From Eledone cirrhosa (Eukaryota): DNA of 64,000 nucleotides. Every line of letters begins with the position of its first letter. Within the stretch, counting starts at the first letter, position 1. The stretch covers positions 2,790,001 to 2,854,000 of the forward strand of contig OZ024753.1 in NCBI GenBank assembly GCA_964016885.1, read 5' to 3'. This document shows, one piece after another, positions 1 through 12,190 of the stretch. Made by a program: the position numbers and the translations under genes. Below the pieces are notes generated by a model, which saw only the letters and a program-made list of their open reading frames with translations, searched no databases and had not been told where the DNA came from.

Positions 1-569
1 ATGATTCAGTAATGTTAGCTGCTGCTGTTGCTGATGATGATGATGATGTCGATGATGATGAGGAGGATGGGGAGGTTACTGAATAACTTTGAATAATTGA
101 TAATTCTTAAGTGCAGCATTGTCAGCATATATCAGTGGTAGACATAATAATAAATAAATAAAACACTTTCTCAAATAAGTTATATTTTCTTTTGTTTAAT
201 GTAAAGTAAAACATAAACAATACTACATTTATATTTATGAAAGAAAATTAGTAAAAATGTTCACGAAACTATAACAATTAATATGGAACAATGGTTATTG
301 ACTGAAGTATAAACATTTTTCTTCTCTCTACAAAATGCAATTAATTATACGTAGATTAAGCAAATATAACAACAATTAGATCAATTGTTAAAGCTCATGT
401 TATAATCTCTTGGAAATGAAGATGTTACAATCCTTCTATCAGAATTTTATTAATGATTAGTTTGCCAAGCCAAGCTTTGTAATGAGAAGAAGGGAGGTAG
501 GCGTAAAAGCCAAACTTGCTGTCTTCAATTCGGTTTTCGTGCCAACCCTTAACTATCTTGGGTAATGAC

Positions 570-971
570 CAAAAGAATATGATTATGAGTACAAGTGGCT
601 GAAATGGGATTCCTCTGGAGGGTCTTTGTAGTAACATTACTTGATAAAGTGCATAAAGAGATGAGAGAGTTGCTCCAGGTAGAGCCGTTACTTCTCCAAA
701 TTGAGAGATCACAACTCCAATATTATGGGCAAGTGGTTAGAATGTTTCAAGAGAGAATTGCTGGACAGGTTTTACGAGCAAAACCAACAGGGGGTAGACC
801 CCGAGCAAGATGGTGGGATAACATCCATGAGCTTAGCTGGTCACACTTGGGGATCCAGCTGGATCAGTTGGAGATAATTGTTTCTGACAGGACCTGATGG
901 ATGGAGTGTGTGAGGACTCTGCCCCAATGACCCTCTCAGAAATAAGTGGGTGAAGAAAATGAAGAAGAAGA
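570..971 (+). mobile_element. RTE LINE 3' fragment
   Basis: AEMGFLWRV..VEPLLLQIERSQLQYYGQVVRM..GRPRARW then (GAA)n; related relic at about 6560-6830. Confidence 0.8.
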
Positions 972-3900
972 TTAATATGCCAGCATATTAATCAGTACTG
1001 ACTTGGTCTATGTAGACCTGTCAAACCCTTACTAGCAGAAAAAGCACACATCAAAACGGTGATGATGAATGATGATGATTACCCAAAACTTCAAGCGCTA
1101 ACATATAATTCCATCTAAAATGGTTGCATGATTAATACATACACACTATAGAGCTTGAGCTAGAAAAAGAAAGATTTTAACCAGTATATAATCATTCAGG
1201 TAAGTAGATTATCCAAAGATCTAAAATCATAGAATTTGTGGAGAGAACATAGCTGAAACTCTGTGTATTCTATGACAGAAGTTTTGACAATCTCTTAAAA
1301 GAACATAAATCTTTCACTATATAAACTGATATTCCTTATTTTCCAGGGAGATTAAACATTCTATCTTCAAATAGATGCTAGCTCTTAAGAAATTCCTAAT
1401 ATATATCCTGCTTAAGGATAGAATACCATACATTATATGTTCATACCACTGAGACACTCACAAATACATTCACTTTATCTCTCTCTTTAGACCAACATAC
1501 AACAAAAATGCCATCTACTTGGAAGGTAAAACTTCACACTTATAACTGAGGCGAATGTCAAATTGTGTTCCCTATTTGTCCGTTCTACCATTATAACCAT
1601 GGTATCTAGTATTTTATCACAATGCCAACTCCACCTAAATCTAATTAATGCATCTACCAATCTCTCCATCTTTCACCACTAACAACGTATTGTATACCTC
1701 CATACTAAATACTATGAAACAAATGTGGTTGGTGTTAGGAAGGGCCTCCAGCTGTGAAAACCCTGGCCAAATTTACTGCCCCATTAGAGCAAGGTACAGT
1801 GTGGCCAATCCTAGCTGGACTTGTCTCCCAGTGCAGACGACCGGTCTGATCCATGAAAGCATGGAGAAATGGACGTTAAATGGTGATGATGATGAATGTC
1901 TAATCCTTCCACTCAAAAATGCCTGCTCTCTTTTATTTCTTGTTAATATAACAGATAAATTGTAGCAATTCAAAAATCAAACATTAACTGCATTTATCAC
2001 AGCTACATAACTTAAGCATAGAAGCCAAGTTCGCTGGTTTAGCCATGTTGTTCACCAATAAGAGATATCTATGTTCCACTAAGCAGTTAAGGGAGATTTT
2101 TAAGGCCCAAGAAAAACAAGCAGACTATTGAAGAGATGGCAAAACAATATATAGGATTGGGAGCTTCTGACTGGTGTAAAATTAATTCCAATGGAGGCCA
2201 CACATATGATTGGCTAGCAAGAGGTTAAATAGTTCTACACATATATCCTCAATCACCATTATTATCAGCAAAATGGGCTTAACAACAGTAAGAACAATAT
2301 TCTTAACTCTTGGTTATTAAATAAGTAACTGGTAGTTGTCACTAGTTTTTGGTGTTTTAGTTATTAATACCATTTTGTATCTAGTATTTTGATTTACTAA
2401 ATATTTGTGTATTAGTGTATATTAATATAAAGAGCTTCACATCTAGAATATGGCACATCTTGAGTAATAAACCTACCTTATTTTAACTTTTTAGAATTTA
2501 CATTACTCTATATTTATTATTGTATTTTCACGGTAAAGACTTTATCTCACATAATATCGAAGCTATGAGATTGTAATGTTATTTATTTTGAGAACAATGC
2601 CTAAACATAGGTATGAGCAGCAGATTATAGCCAGTTTGAACAGAAAGAGGTGAGGGAATTCTGGCCGGATACAGCCAGTTTAAATGCTAAAGGGTTAATA
2701 TATTATAGTCAATGATAAACTAGGGACAGGTATGTCTATGTTTTTCAGCAGCTTGCTTCACAACCATGTGGTTCTAGATGATCATTGTATGTGCCAATAA
2801 CTTTATTTTATCTTTTCTCTTTTCTCTTATTTTGTCTGTATCATATCTCAACCTATTTTCCCATACAAGCATGAATGTGAGATGTATCTTACAAATTTTA
2901 ATATTTGCAGGCCAAATGATCTTCTTACCGACAAACATTCATCTATATTGAAAGTAAGTAGGAGATTAAAATATCAGTTTGGAACTAATTATCATGTATT
3001 CTTTCATCTAGTAGTATAATCTGACCTCATTGACTGTTTAATAAATTAATGCAGCAGAGCTATATAAGATTGCTGCTCCACCCTGTACACAGAAATGTTT
3101 TATCATGTTAACTAGTGTAGATAACTAACAGATTCTGTAAATATAGAAAGATTTTTCATTATTCCTGAATTTTATTTATATATCCATTTATTTATATTTT
3201 TCTTCGTTCACAATGTACCTGTTTCTTTACAAAACTTATCTATCAGCTTCACATTAAATACTGAATAGGTTTAAACTTAACAATCAATCTCATATATCTT
3301 CAAGTCTTAAAGACTTAACCTTCTACGATTACAAGAAAACTATCAGTCAAAGTAAAGATACTGTAGCTGCCCTGAGATTCATGTTATGGTATAATTAAAT
3401 GCAGGTAAGATAAGTTCTATACTGAAATCTGAATTCACCATATCTATTACAATAAAAAAAAAAGTTATGGGGAGATAGAAAGTAAGTTTATGTGTGCATT
3501 TGTCTGTTGTATGTGTGTTATATGAATAGCTTCTCTTTAGAATATGTTTTCATTTAATTATTGTATTAGCAGTCAATGTCATCAACTGATACAGAAAGTG
3601 GAAAAAATGCAACAATGAAAAAGATGGTAAAAATAAGTTTCCGTTATTTTCACTTTTTTTTTCCACTGGGTATCATATTAACAAACTCAGTGTATATTTC
3701 TCTTTCAATAGAAGCAAATTAGCTTTGAAATAGTTCAAATAACTTCCTTTAGTAGCAGTTGTTATTCCATAACATCATGTGTATTTATTATCATCATCAT
3801 CATCATCACTACCAGCACATCAATATTCTTTTTAACAATAGCATCAACATAACAGAAATTTATCTTTTCTCTTACCCACAGACTATCAATTAAGTTTGAA

Positions 3901-4467
3901 GAAGTGAAGATGAAATTATCTTCTAACATTAAAGAATATAGAAATTATCCATGAGCAAAAATGTGTATAGTTGAACAGATAACATATAATTATGGTGAAA
4001 ATGTGAAAAATGAATGTGAGTATACAATGGTAATGAAATAAATAATACTAGAATTATTTATGCTACAGCTTTTATGTAAAACTATAACTATCCATTTGGT
4101 TGGATAAAATGGACAGCTACTTTACTGAGTGAGAGCTGGATCAAATATAGTTATATCATATTCCACAACACAAATATAATTCTACTACATAATAGTATGG
4201 ATTTGTTTGTGTATTTATTCTATTATGTATATATTTTATATTGTAAAAGGTAAACAATTGCATCAGTTGATTTGAGGTTTTCACCAAGTCAATGAAGGGT
4301 TCACTGTATTTCAGTTGACATTAATGTAAAGGGGGTATCTGTAACTTGATGCAGAAGAAATGACAGGTTTTTCAGGTTTCTTGTGATATTTATATCCTTT
4401 GTTGGTATATATAGGTGAATGATATACCTTTCTTCCTTTCTCTCTCTCTCTGTAAATATATACAGGT

Positions 4468-4752
4468 GGAGGCATGTGGTCTACTAGAAATGGTGTTAGA
4501 CTTATGATCATAATGTTGTGGGTTCGATTCCTGGATTGGGTTGTGTGTTATGTTCTTGAGAAAAACATTTCATTTCACGTTGTTCCAGTAGACTCAGCTG
4601 AAAATGAGTACCAGCAACAGCTGGGGCTTTAACCCTGTGATGGACTGGCGGCCTATCCAGGAGGGAGGGGGTGTCTTGTACTCTCAGTTGCTTCACACCA
4701 TTGAAACCGGATTAAGCATGGGTCTGTTGAGTCTTTGAGCTTGAGACAGACT
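4468..4752 (+). mobile_element. tRNA-derived SINE family B
   Basis: B box GGTTCGATTCC and core ttcttgag..atttcacgttgttccag..actcagctgaaaatgagtacc, resembling MetaSINE-type central domains (inference). Copies at about 14415-14695(-), 18001-18265, 20858-21000, 43005-43140 and 45475-45735. Confidence 0.75.
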
Positions 4753-7700
4753 TTATACACATACGCACATATATATATAGTTTAATGGTGTTTCCTAGGG
4801 CACAGCGGTATTGGGACTGTGCCCCACGGACAATACTGCAAAAGCATTCCAGTGCACAATGACCAGTGACAGAGGGTTAAATATATGTCAAACAAAAAAG
4901 TAGACCCTCTCTGAACTTGTAGGATCTTTTAAAATAATTGGATTTTTCATTAACAAGTGGGTGAGGCCCTTCACTGAAATAGCCATTACACTACCAGGAC
5001 AGACTTTTATTCAGTATATCTGTGTCTTTATAACAGTGATTTTATCAAAGAACTAGCAGCCTAGATTCATTATAACACCAGATCCAACCTTAACATGGAT
5101 TAACCAATATAACAAATTGATTTCGTAACAGTTGATGAATCCCTATTCTGCAAGCTTTTGTAATTACTAGCAGCTCAAATAGAAATTAGTGGACAAGTGT
5201 CAGACTTGATAATATAACTAATATAGTTAATTCCAGTGTTTATATCATAAAATACAGTCAAGTCAACAACATTAGAAAACTAACCGATAATTTCACTGAC
5301 ACAGGGTGTGAAAGAGGTTAACAGGTCAATCTAAGTACTTGCCATAAATATCAAACAATTATTGAAACAGTGAAGGTGTGATGACCACTAACATCCACAT
5401 CTCTCAAAGTGTTGATTTTCTATAATAATGTATCAAGTAAAGTGAATGGTCAGTCAAAATATTACCCTAACAGTCCAAACAAGCCAATACATCAATATAA
5501 CATCGTAGTTTTTAATTTTCTTTATTGAAAAATCACTTCTATAAATAAGCAACGATCTTCTGCAAAAGTTTTTCAATGAAAACTTCCTAACATTTCTTTG
5601 AGAGATATTAATTAAGCATGTGTATGTGTGTGAGTGCACGTACACACACACACATATCAGTGTTACTACTATAGGTGGAAAGTAGGCTTTAGATTAATGT
5701 TGATCTAAAGGGGATTTGTTTAGTAGCTGAAGATGAAACACACATATGATAGTATATTCTGTAAACTGATATCTGTGGGTTCCAGAAGGGGCAGTTCTGG
5801 GTAGGAAAGATTAAATTTTTTTTTTCGTCTGTGCATTGAGATAAAGTAACAATAATTGTTTCTACTTTTGGCACAAGGTCAGCAATTATCTCAGTCCATT
5901 ACTGGTACTTTATTTTATCAACCCGGTAAGGATGAAAGGCAAAGTTAACCTTGGCAGGATTTGAATTCAGACCATAAAGGGCTGTAACTATGCTGCGAAG
6001 CATGGCGTCCAACCATCTACCAACTCTGAGATGTTAATGGAGTTGGGTGGACTTTAATAGAAATGATTTCAGTTTGTTAGTTTAGAAGACCAGATTCCAT
6101 TATACTCTTCTATTATATTCTGAAGAAGGGAATTTTAAGTCCGAAATATTAGGACAAAAGAAACAACAAAAACAAAACAAAGATTACCAGGTAACTACAT
6201 TTTTCATTACCTTCATCATGGGTTTGTTTCATAGAACCAGAGGCAGTTTTGGGTGGGTTGGTATAAAAAAAGTTAAACTAGCTGATGTACTAACTCTATC
6301 ATGCAAGATAGCCACAGCAGGAATTGAAATCAGAATGCTAAGAGTTAAAGCCCAAAACACAAGGTAGCTCTGCTAATTCTGCCAGTCAACCATTCTTGGT
6401 TAGTATTTTATTTACCAATCCTAATTACAGGTTGAAAGGTAAAATTGACTTTGGTAAAATTTTCTAACATTACACTGTAAAGTGGGCATCACTAAAAGCA
6501 GACAAGAACCATGTGATAACATTAAAAATATGTGGTAGATTATGTTTAGCAGCCAAGAATAAGGACAATCCCACAAACAACCATGATCCTGAATTTCACA
6601 ATGTTTCCATGCGCTACCAAGTGTATTACAGCCTACCAAATTTCAAATTTCACACATAAGAGACCCAGAGGTAGACTCTGAGCAAGATGGTTGGATAACA
6701 TCCATGAGCTTCGATGGTCATACTTGGGGATACTGCTGGATCAGTTGGGGATGGTTGCTTCTGGAAGGAGTGTTTGAGGACTCTGACCCCACAACCTTCT
6801 CAGGAATAAGCAGGCAAAAAATAAGAAGAACACACAAAGTTTTGAGCAAACTACGACTAAGAATGCTGATATTTACACAAAGAGCCACAGTTTCATAATT
6901 ACATAGCAAACCTCTTAACAGAGCCATGCCTGGTGTTAGGTGATGGCACCAACCGAGATAAAGAAGTGCTTTAATGTAAAGAGTATTAACACTTTCTAAA
7001 GAGTTAGCGATTCTGTATAGAAACCTAGCTTTTGTAATGCAGTCTTGACAGAATTAAAGTGAACTAGGAGCATAAATTTAATTTATGATTCCAATTACCA
7101 AAGGGTTCTCAAAAGTAAATATTCTAAATGACATTCTGAACTTTGAAACTAGATTAAAGTGACTTTCACTTTATACTTCAAATGTCTTTCATTATTTCAC
7201 AGTAGTAAAAGTAGTGTTAAACTTATTAAGGTAAATAATGAACACAAACATTCTTATTCATTCTTATTCTGACTCACAAATGCTATATACATATTACTGT
7301 CAAAATTTTAAGCATTCATTTCATTAATTCATGGTTTCTGAAGCTAGAGAGAATACCTCAGCAGTATTTCATTAACCTTTGCTCTCACTAGCTCTAGACT
7401 TCTCACCTTATGGTTGCTCTTTCTCTCTCTCTCACACACACTAACTCTCTCTTCCTCACACACTGTCTTTTTCTCATTTCCTCACATATACTCTCTGTTT
7501 CACACTCTCACACACACTAACCTTCTCTCTCTCACACACACTAACCTTCTATCACACACACTCCTCTTTCTCACAAACTCTCATTCTCTCTCATAAACAC
7601 ACTAACTCTCTTTCCCTCTCTCTCTACCAGTCTAGCTTAACTGATAAAATAGAAGTAAACCGTTATGAGATAAGAAGAGAAAAAGAGAAAGTTTAGGTTA

Positions 7701-8269
7701 TGATCAAGTGTGCTGTGAATTTGAGCTAATACAATTTTACTTAGTAAAAAGACACCAGGTAAAGGAACGGAAAAGTAATCAGAAACAGTTGATGTTAGAT
7801 GAAGAGGTAAAATAGGAAGGGAAGAGAAAGAGGTGGAGAAAGGGATACAGAGAACCATAGAACCAGAGAGAAAGAGAAAGAGGGGATAGAGACAGACATG
7901 TATTGATTGGGTGTAATTGTGGAATACTAAGTTAAAAAAGTCTAGATTTCATTTCCAAAATATTGAGATTGGTTTCATGATATACAAGCAAGTGCCATCA
8001 TTTGAATGAAAAATTTTGGAAAAATTAATTACACCAACAGAATATCAAGAAAAGTTAGTTGTTGATCAATAGTAGACAGAGAGGGAGGGAGAAAGTGACT
8101 GAGAGAGGGGGAAAGAAAGCAAGAGAGGGTGAGAATGATAAAGGGAGGGAGGAGAGTGACAACAGGAGTGAGAAAGAGAGAGGTCAGTCTTTGAAGAAGA
8201 TAAGAATGGTCTTTACTTCAATTAAGAAATGAATACAAATAGAATCACACATATATACCCACCCACATT

Positions 8270-8679
8270 TATATAAATATATATATATACATATATACAC
8301 ACGTGTATATTTACATTTATATATATATACATTTATATATACACATATATATACATATATATATACACATATATACACACGTGTATATATACATTTATAT
8401 ATATACATATATATATACACAAATATATACATTTATATATAAACATATATATACATATATATATACACATATATATACACGTATATATACATTTATATAT
8501 ATATATTTATACATTTATATATATATATTTATACATTTATATATATATATTTATACATGTGTATGTATATATATATATACACATATACATATATATATAC
8601 ACATATATACATATATATACACACGTGTATATATACATATATATATATATATACATATATACATATATATATACATACA

Positions 8680-8722
<43 letters not shown>

Positions 8723-8880
8723 GTGTATATATATATATACATAAACAAAACATATACACACATATATACACACACATGTATATATTCATCTATGCATACA
8801 AATAAAAATACTTTTCAAGACATACATGTATATGTGCATACACACAGATATTTCCACACATACTCATGTACATACTGACA
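8270..8880. repeat. Compound (TA)n/(CA)n microsatellite
   Basis: Direct inspection. Confidence 0.95.
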
Positions 8881-9358
8881 GACACTCTCCCAACAGATAT
8901 ATACAAGTGTGTCAATAGAATGGACATATAGATCAAAATATTTTACATGTATTTGTTATATCAGAGTATAAAAAGAAGAATAAGTCTACAAGCAAAACGT
9001 AATAGTAGTAGTAGTAGTAGTAGTAATAGTAGTAGTAGTAGTAGTAGTAGCAGTAACAGCAGTAGCAGTAGTAGTAGCCACAGGTTGACTATAGGTTTTT
9101 ATAAAATGTAGTCAAGGTTATACTGTTATCCTCAGAGATGGCTGTAGGTTATTTATTATTCACTAAACTCCCAAAACTAAATTCAGCAACACCATCACAA
9201 TTCTATGATTGCCTCTGTATTGTGGAAGTATAATATAATAGAAATCTGCCAGTTTGAACCCTTTTAACTGCCAGACTGCTTAAAATCACCCCTAATTATA
9301 GCAGACAAACAGCTTCTTCTAAATCATTCAATAACAAATTCATGGTTTAATTAACTAG

Positions 9359-9794
9359 TAACCCTTTTGTGACCTCATTTCTAATGAAATACAGTCTATT
9401 TTAACCATTTTAGCATTTAAACCAGCTGTATCTGACCAGAATTATCTCACCTCTTTCTGTTCAAAGTGGCTGTAACTGGCCACTCATACTGAGGTTAAGG
9501 TATTGTTCTCAAAATAAATAATATCAAAATCTCATAGATTCAATATTATGTGAGATAATTATGTACGGCAAGGCCTTTACCATAAAAATATAATAGCATA
9601 TATAGAATAATGTGAATTACTGAAGAATTTTGAAGGATTTACTAAAATAATTAATTATTTCACTACTAAGATGAAAGGTTCTTATATAAAATTATGCTGG
9701 AAGATTTTAATTTAAATTGGAAAGTTTTAAAATGGGTGGTTATATTTCATAGAACCAGAGCCGGTTTTGGCCACATTGGTAAGTAAAGGGTTAA
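9359..9794. mobile_element. Second TTAA-type MITE family with a first-family MITE nested inside
   Basis: taacccttttg...atttctaatgaaatac ... tagaaccagag...aaagggttaa; related fragments at about 20400, 40850-41113 and 41431-41580. Confidence 0.5.
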
Positions 9795-9959
9795 GTAAAT
9801 TAAGCACATGTTTAGAACATTAGTAGAAAAGGGACAGTGTATTTTCAAATTAAATGTTTTTGTCATTACCCACCAAATGTTATTTTTTTATTTTTTTGCA
9901 ATCTTTTAAGAACGCCATCTTGGACTGACCAAACTGCATGAAACAATCTGTTTTGATAT

Positions 9960-10340
9960 GAAACTCTTTTAAGTGTTTATATTTATGACTGAGTGCATTT
10001 GAAATGTCATGCTGTAGACGTGCACTTAGAATTAGGTGGACAGGTCACAGAACAAATGAACAAATGGTGCCAATTGACAGTTAGTTGAAACAGTAAGGAA
10101 AAGGAAACTTCAGTAGTTTGGTCATGTCATCAGAGCCCAACATTTGACTACCCACATCATTGAGGGACGAATACGGGGGAAAAGATCCAGGGGACGACAG
10201 AAAATGAGATGGACAGATGACATTAAGGAATGGACAGGCAGAATTTATGGCACTGGCAAGAGACAGGAAAAGATGGAGAGTGCTGGTGAAAAGGTCTATG
10301 ACCCCCAACCCTCAGATAGGCGGATAGGATGAGAAGGAAG
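9960..10340 (+). mobile_element. RTE-like LINE 3' fragment
   Basis: FGHVIRA..IIEGRIRGKRSRGRQKMRWTDDIKEW. Confidence 0.75.
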
Positions 10341-10540
10341 TAAAAGGTGAAAGATTTATCCACATATGTGTATGTGTGTGTAGATCTTGAGTTAAATCGG
10401 GGGTAACCACAGTAAACTACTCAATACATTAGTATTGTATGAAATCATCAGGAACCCTGATGATTTCCCATAAATGAGACAGTTCTAGTCCTGTAGAAGC
10501 CATTTCTATACTAAATATTGAAGTTAAATATGTGTATATA

Positions 10541-10572
<32 letters not shown>

Positions 10573-11116
10573 CCCTTGCAAGCAGGGAAAAGCGGACGTA
10601 ATATGATGATATATATATATATATATGTATATATGTATATATATATATGTATAGAGAGAGAGAGAGAGGTTTATCCGAGAGAGGGAGGGACATTATGTGA
10701 AAGTAAGTGTTTATATACATGTGCATGCAGTAATTGGGAAGGAATTCTTCACCTTTTCTTTGACTTGTTGCAAATTACAACATGGTGGTTAGTTAATGGA
10801 ATCAATCAAACACGTTTCATCTACAATTATAGAAATGTCTACCATTTCACTAAATTCTATTATTTAATCAACACAGCACCATCTATCTTTCTCTCCACCT
10901 CTCTCATTCTCATATATGTATATATATATAGTAATAATAATAAATTTGAAGACTAAAATCCAAAGAGGGCTCGATAAGGATAAATATATATCAAATATAT
11001 AAGAACACACATATACTTACACACATCATATGTAAATATGCATAAACATATATATGTGTATATAAATCAATGTTAAAACAGATGTTATGATTACATAATC
11101 ATATTTATCATATAAC

Positions 11117-12190
11117 ACACTTTGGTGACACCAGCGTACAGCTGTTATGCAATCATTACATTGGCAACAAACGCTATCATTAGAGTATTTACATGTAGTC
11201 ATGTAAAACTCTTTGGGGCATGTTCAAACTCAGGTCATTGTATAATTATTTATAATATTTCTGAAGTTTTACAATATGTAATAATTCTATGTTATACACA
11301 ATATTTTTCCTCTTTAACTACATTGAAATCATCATCATCATCATCGTTTAACGTCCATCTTCCACGCTTGCATGGGTTTGGACAGGAATTTTCCCACTTG
11401 AGGCAAGATTGGTTGACTTGCTCGTATAGGACTGTCTGGAGGGTTTTCTACGGCTGGATGCCCTTCCTAACACCAACCACATTTACAGTGTGGACTGGGA
11501 GGTTTTTACCGTGTTACCTACACGGTCACATTACAGAGTGGACTGTGTGTTTATTTTTGTCATGACACCTACATACGCATTAGTTGAATAAGATGTGTTT
11601 AAACATATGTAAAAATATTAAATTGTTTAAGAAATCTATTCTTTTATCGGAATTTGTTATATATATTTGTTATATACATATACATATATATATATATAAA
11701 TATATATAAGCTTATTTGTAAAACTGTTATATATTGTATTTTGTCTGATGAAGGCATACCATAATTTAATTTGGTATCCCTGAAATATGTATAATGAAAT
11801 AAATATGGTTTTATAAATATAGTTTCCATTTATTAATATCGTATATCTACTCCAAATACTTGTCGCCACCAAACACTTTGGTGACACCAGCGTACAGCTG
11901 TTATGCAATCATTACATTGGCAACAAACACTGGCATGATATCATTAGAGTATTTACATGTAGTCATATGATGGTACAACTTCTCTTTGGGGAATGTTGAA
12001 TCTCAGGTCATTGTATAATCATTTATAATATTTCTGAAGTTTTACAATTCTATGTTATACACAATATTTTTCCTCTTTAACTATATTGAAATAACATAAG
12101 CATTAGTTGAATAAGATGTGTTGAATCATATGTAAAGATATTAAATTGCTTAAGAAATCTATTCTGTTATCTGTATTTGTTATATATATA
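11117..12190 (+). mobile_element. Partial head-to-tail tandem of a hammerhead-bearing element separated by (TA)n
   Basis: 11117-~11665 and 11873-~12190 are diverged copies (acactttggtgacaccagcgtacagc...). Copy 2 is preceded by the 11731 hammerhead; copy 1 is interrupted by an RTE-tail repeat at about 11331-11570. Confidence 0.6.
11731..11806 (+). ncRNA. Minimal type I hammerhead ribozyme, intact core
   Basis: Stem I atattgtattttgt/atgaaataaatat; CTGATGA 11745-11751; stem II aggcatacca/tggtatccct; GAAA 11782-11785; stem III T-ATGT-A; AUA cleavage triplet ending at 11793. Confidence 0.75.
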
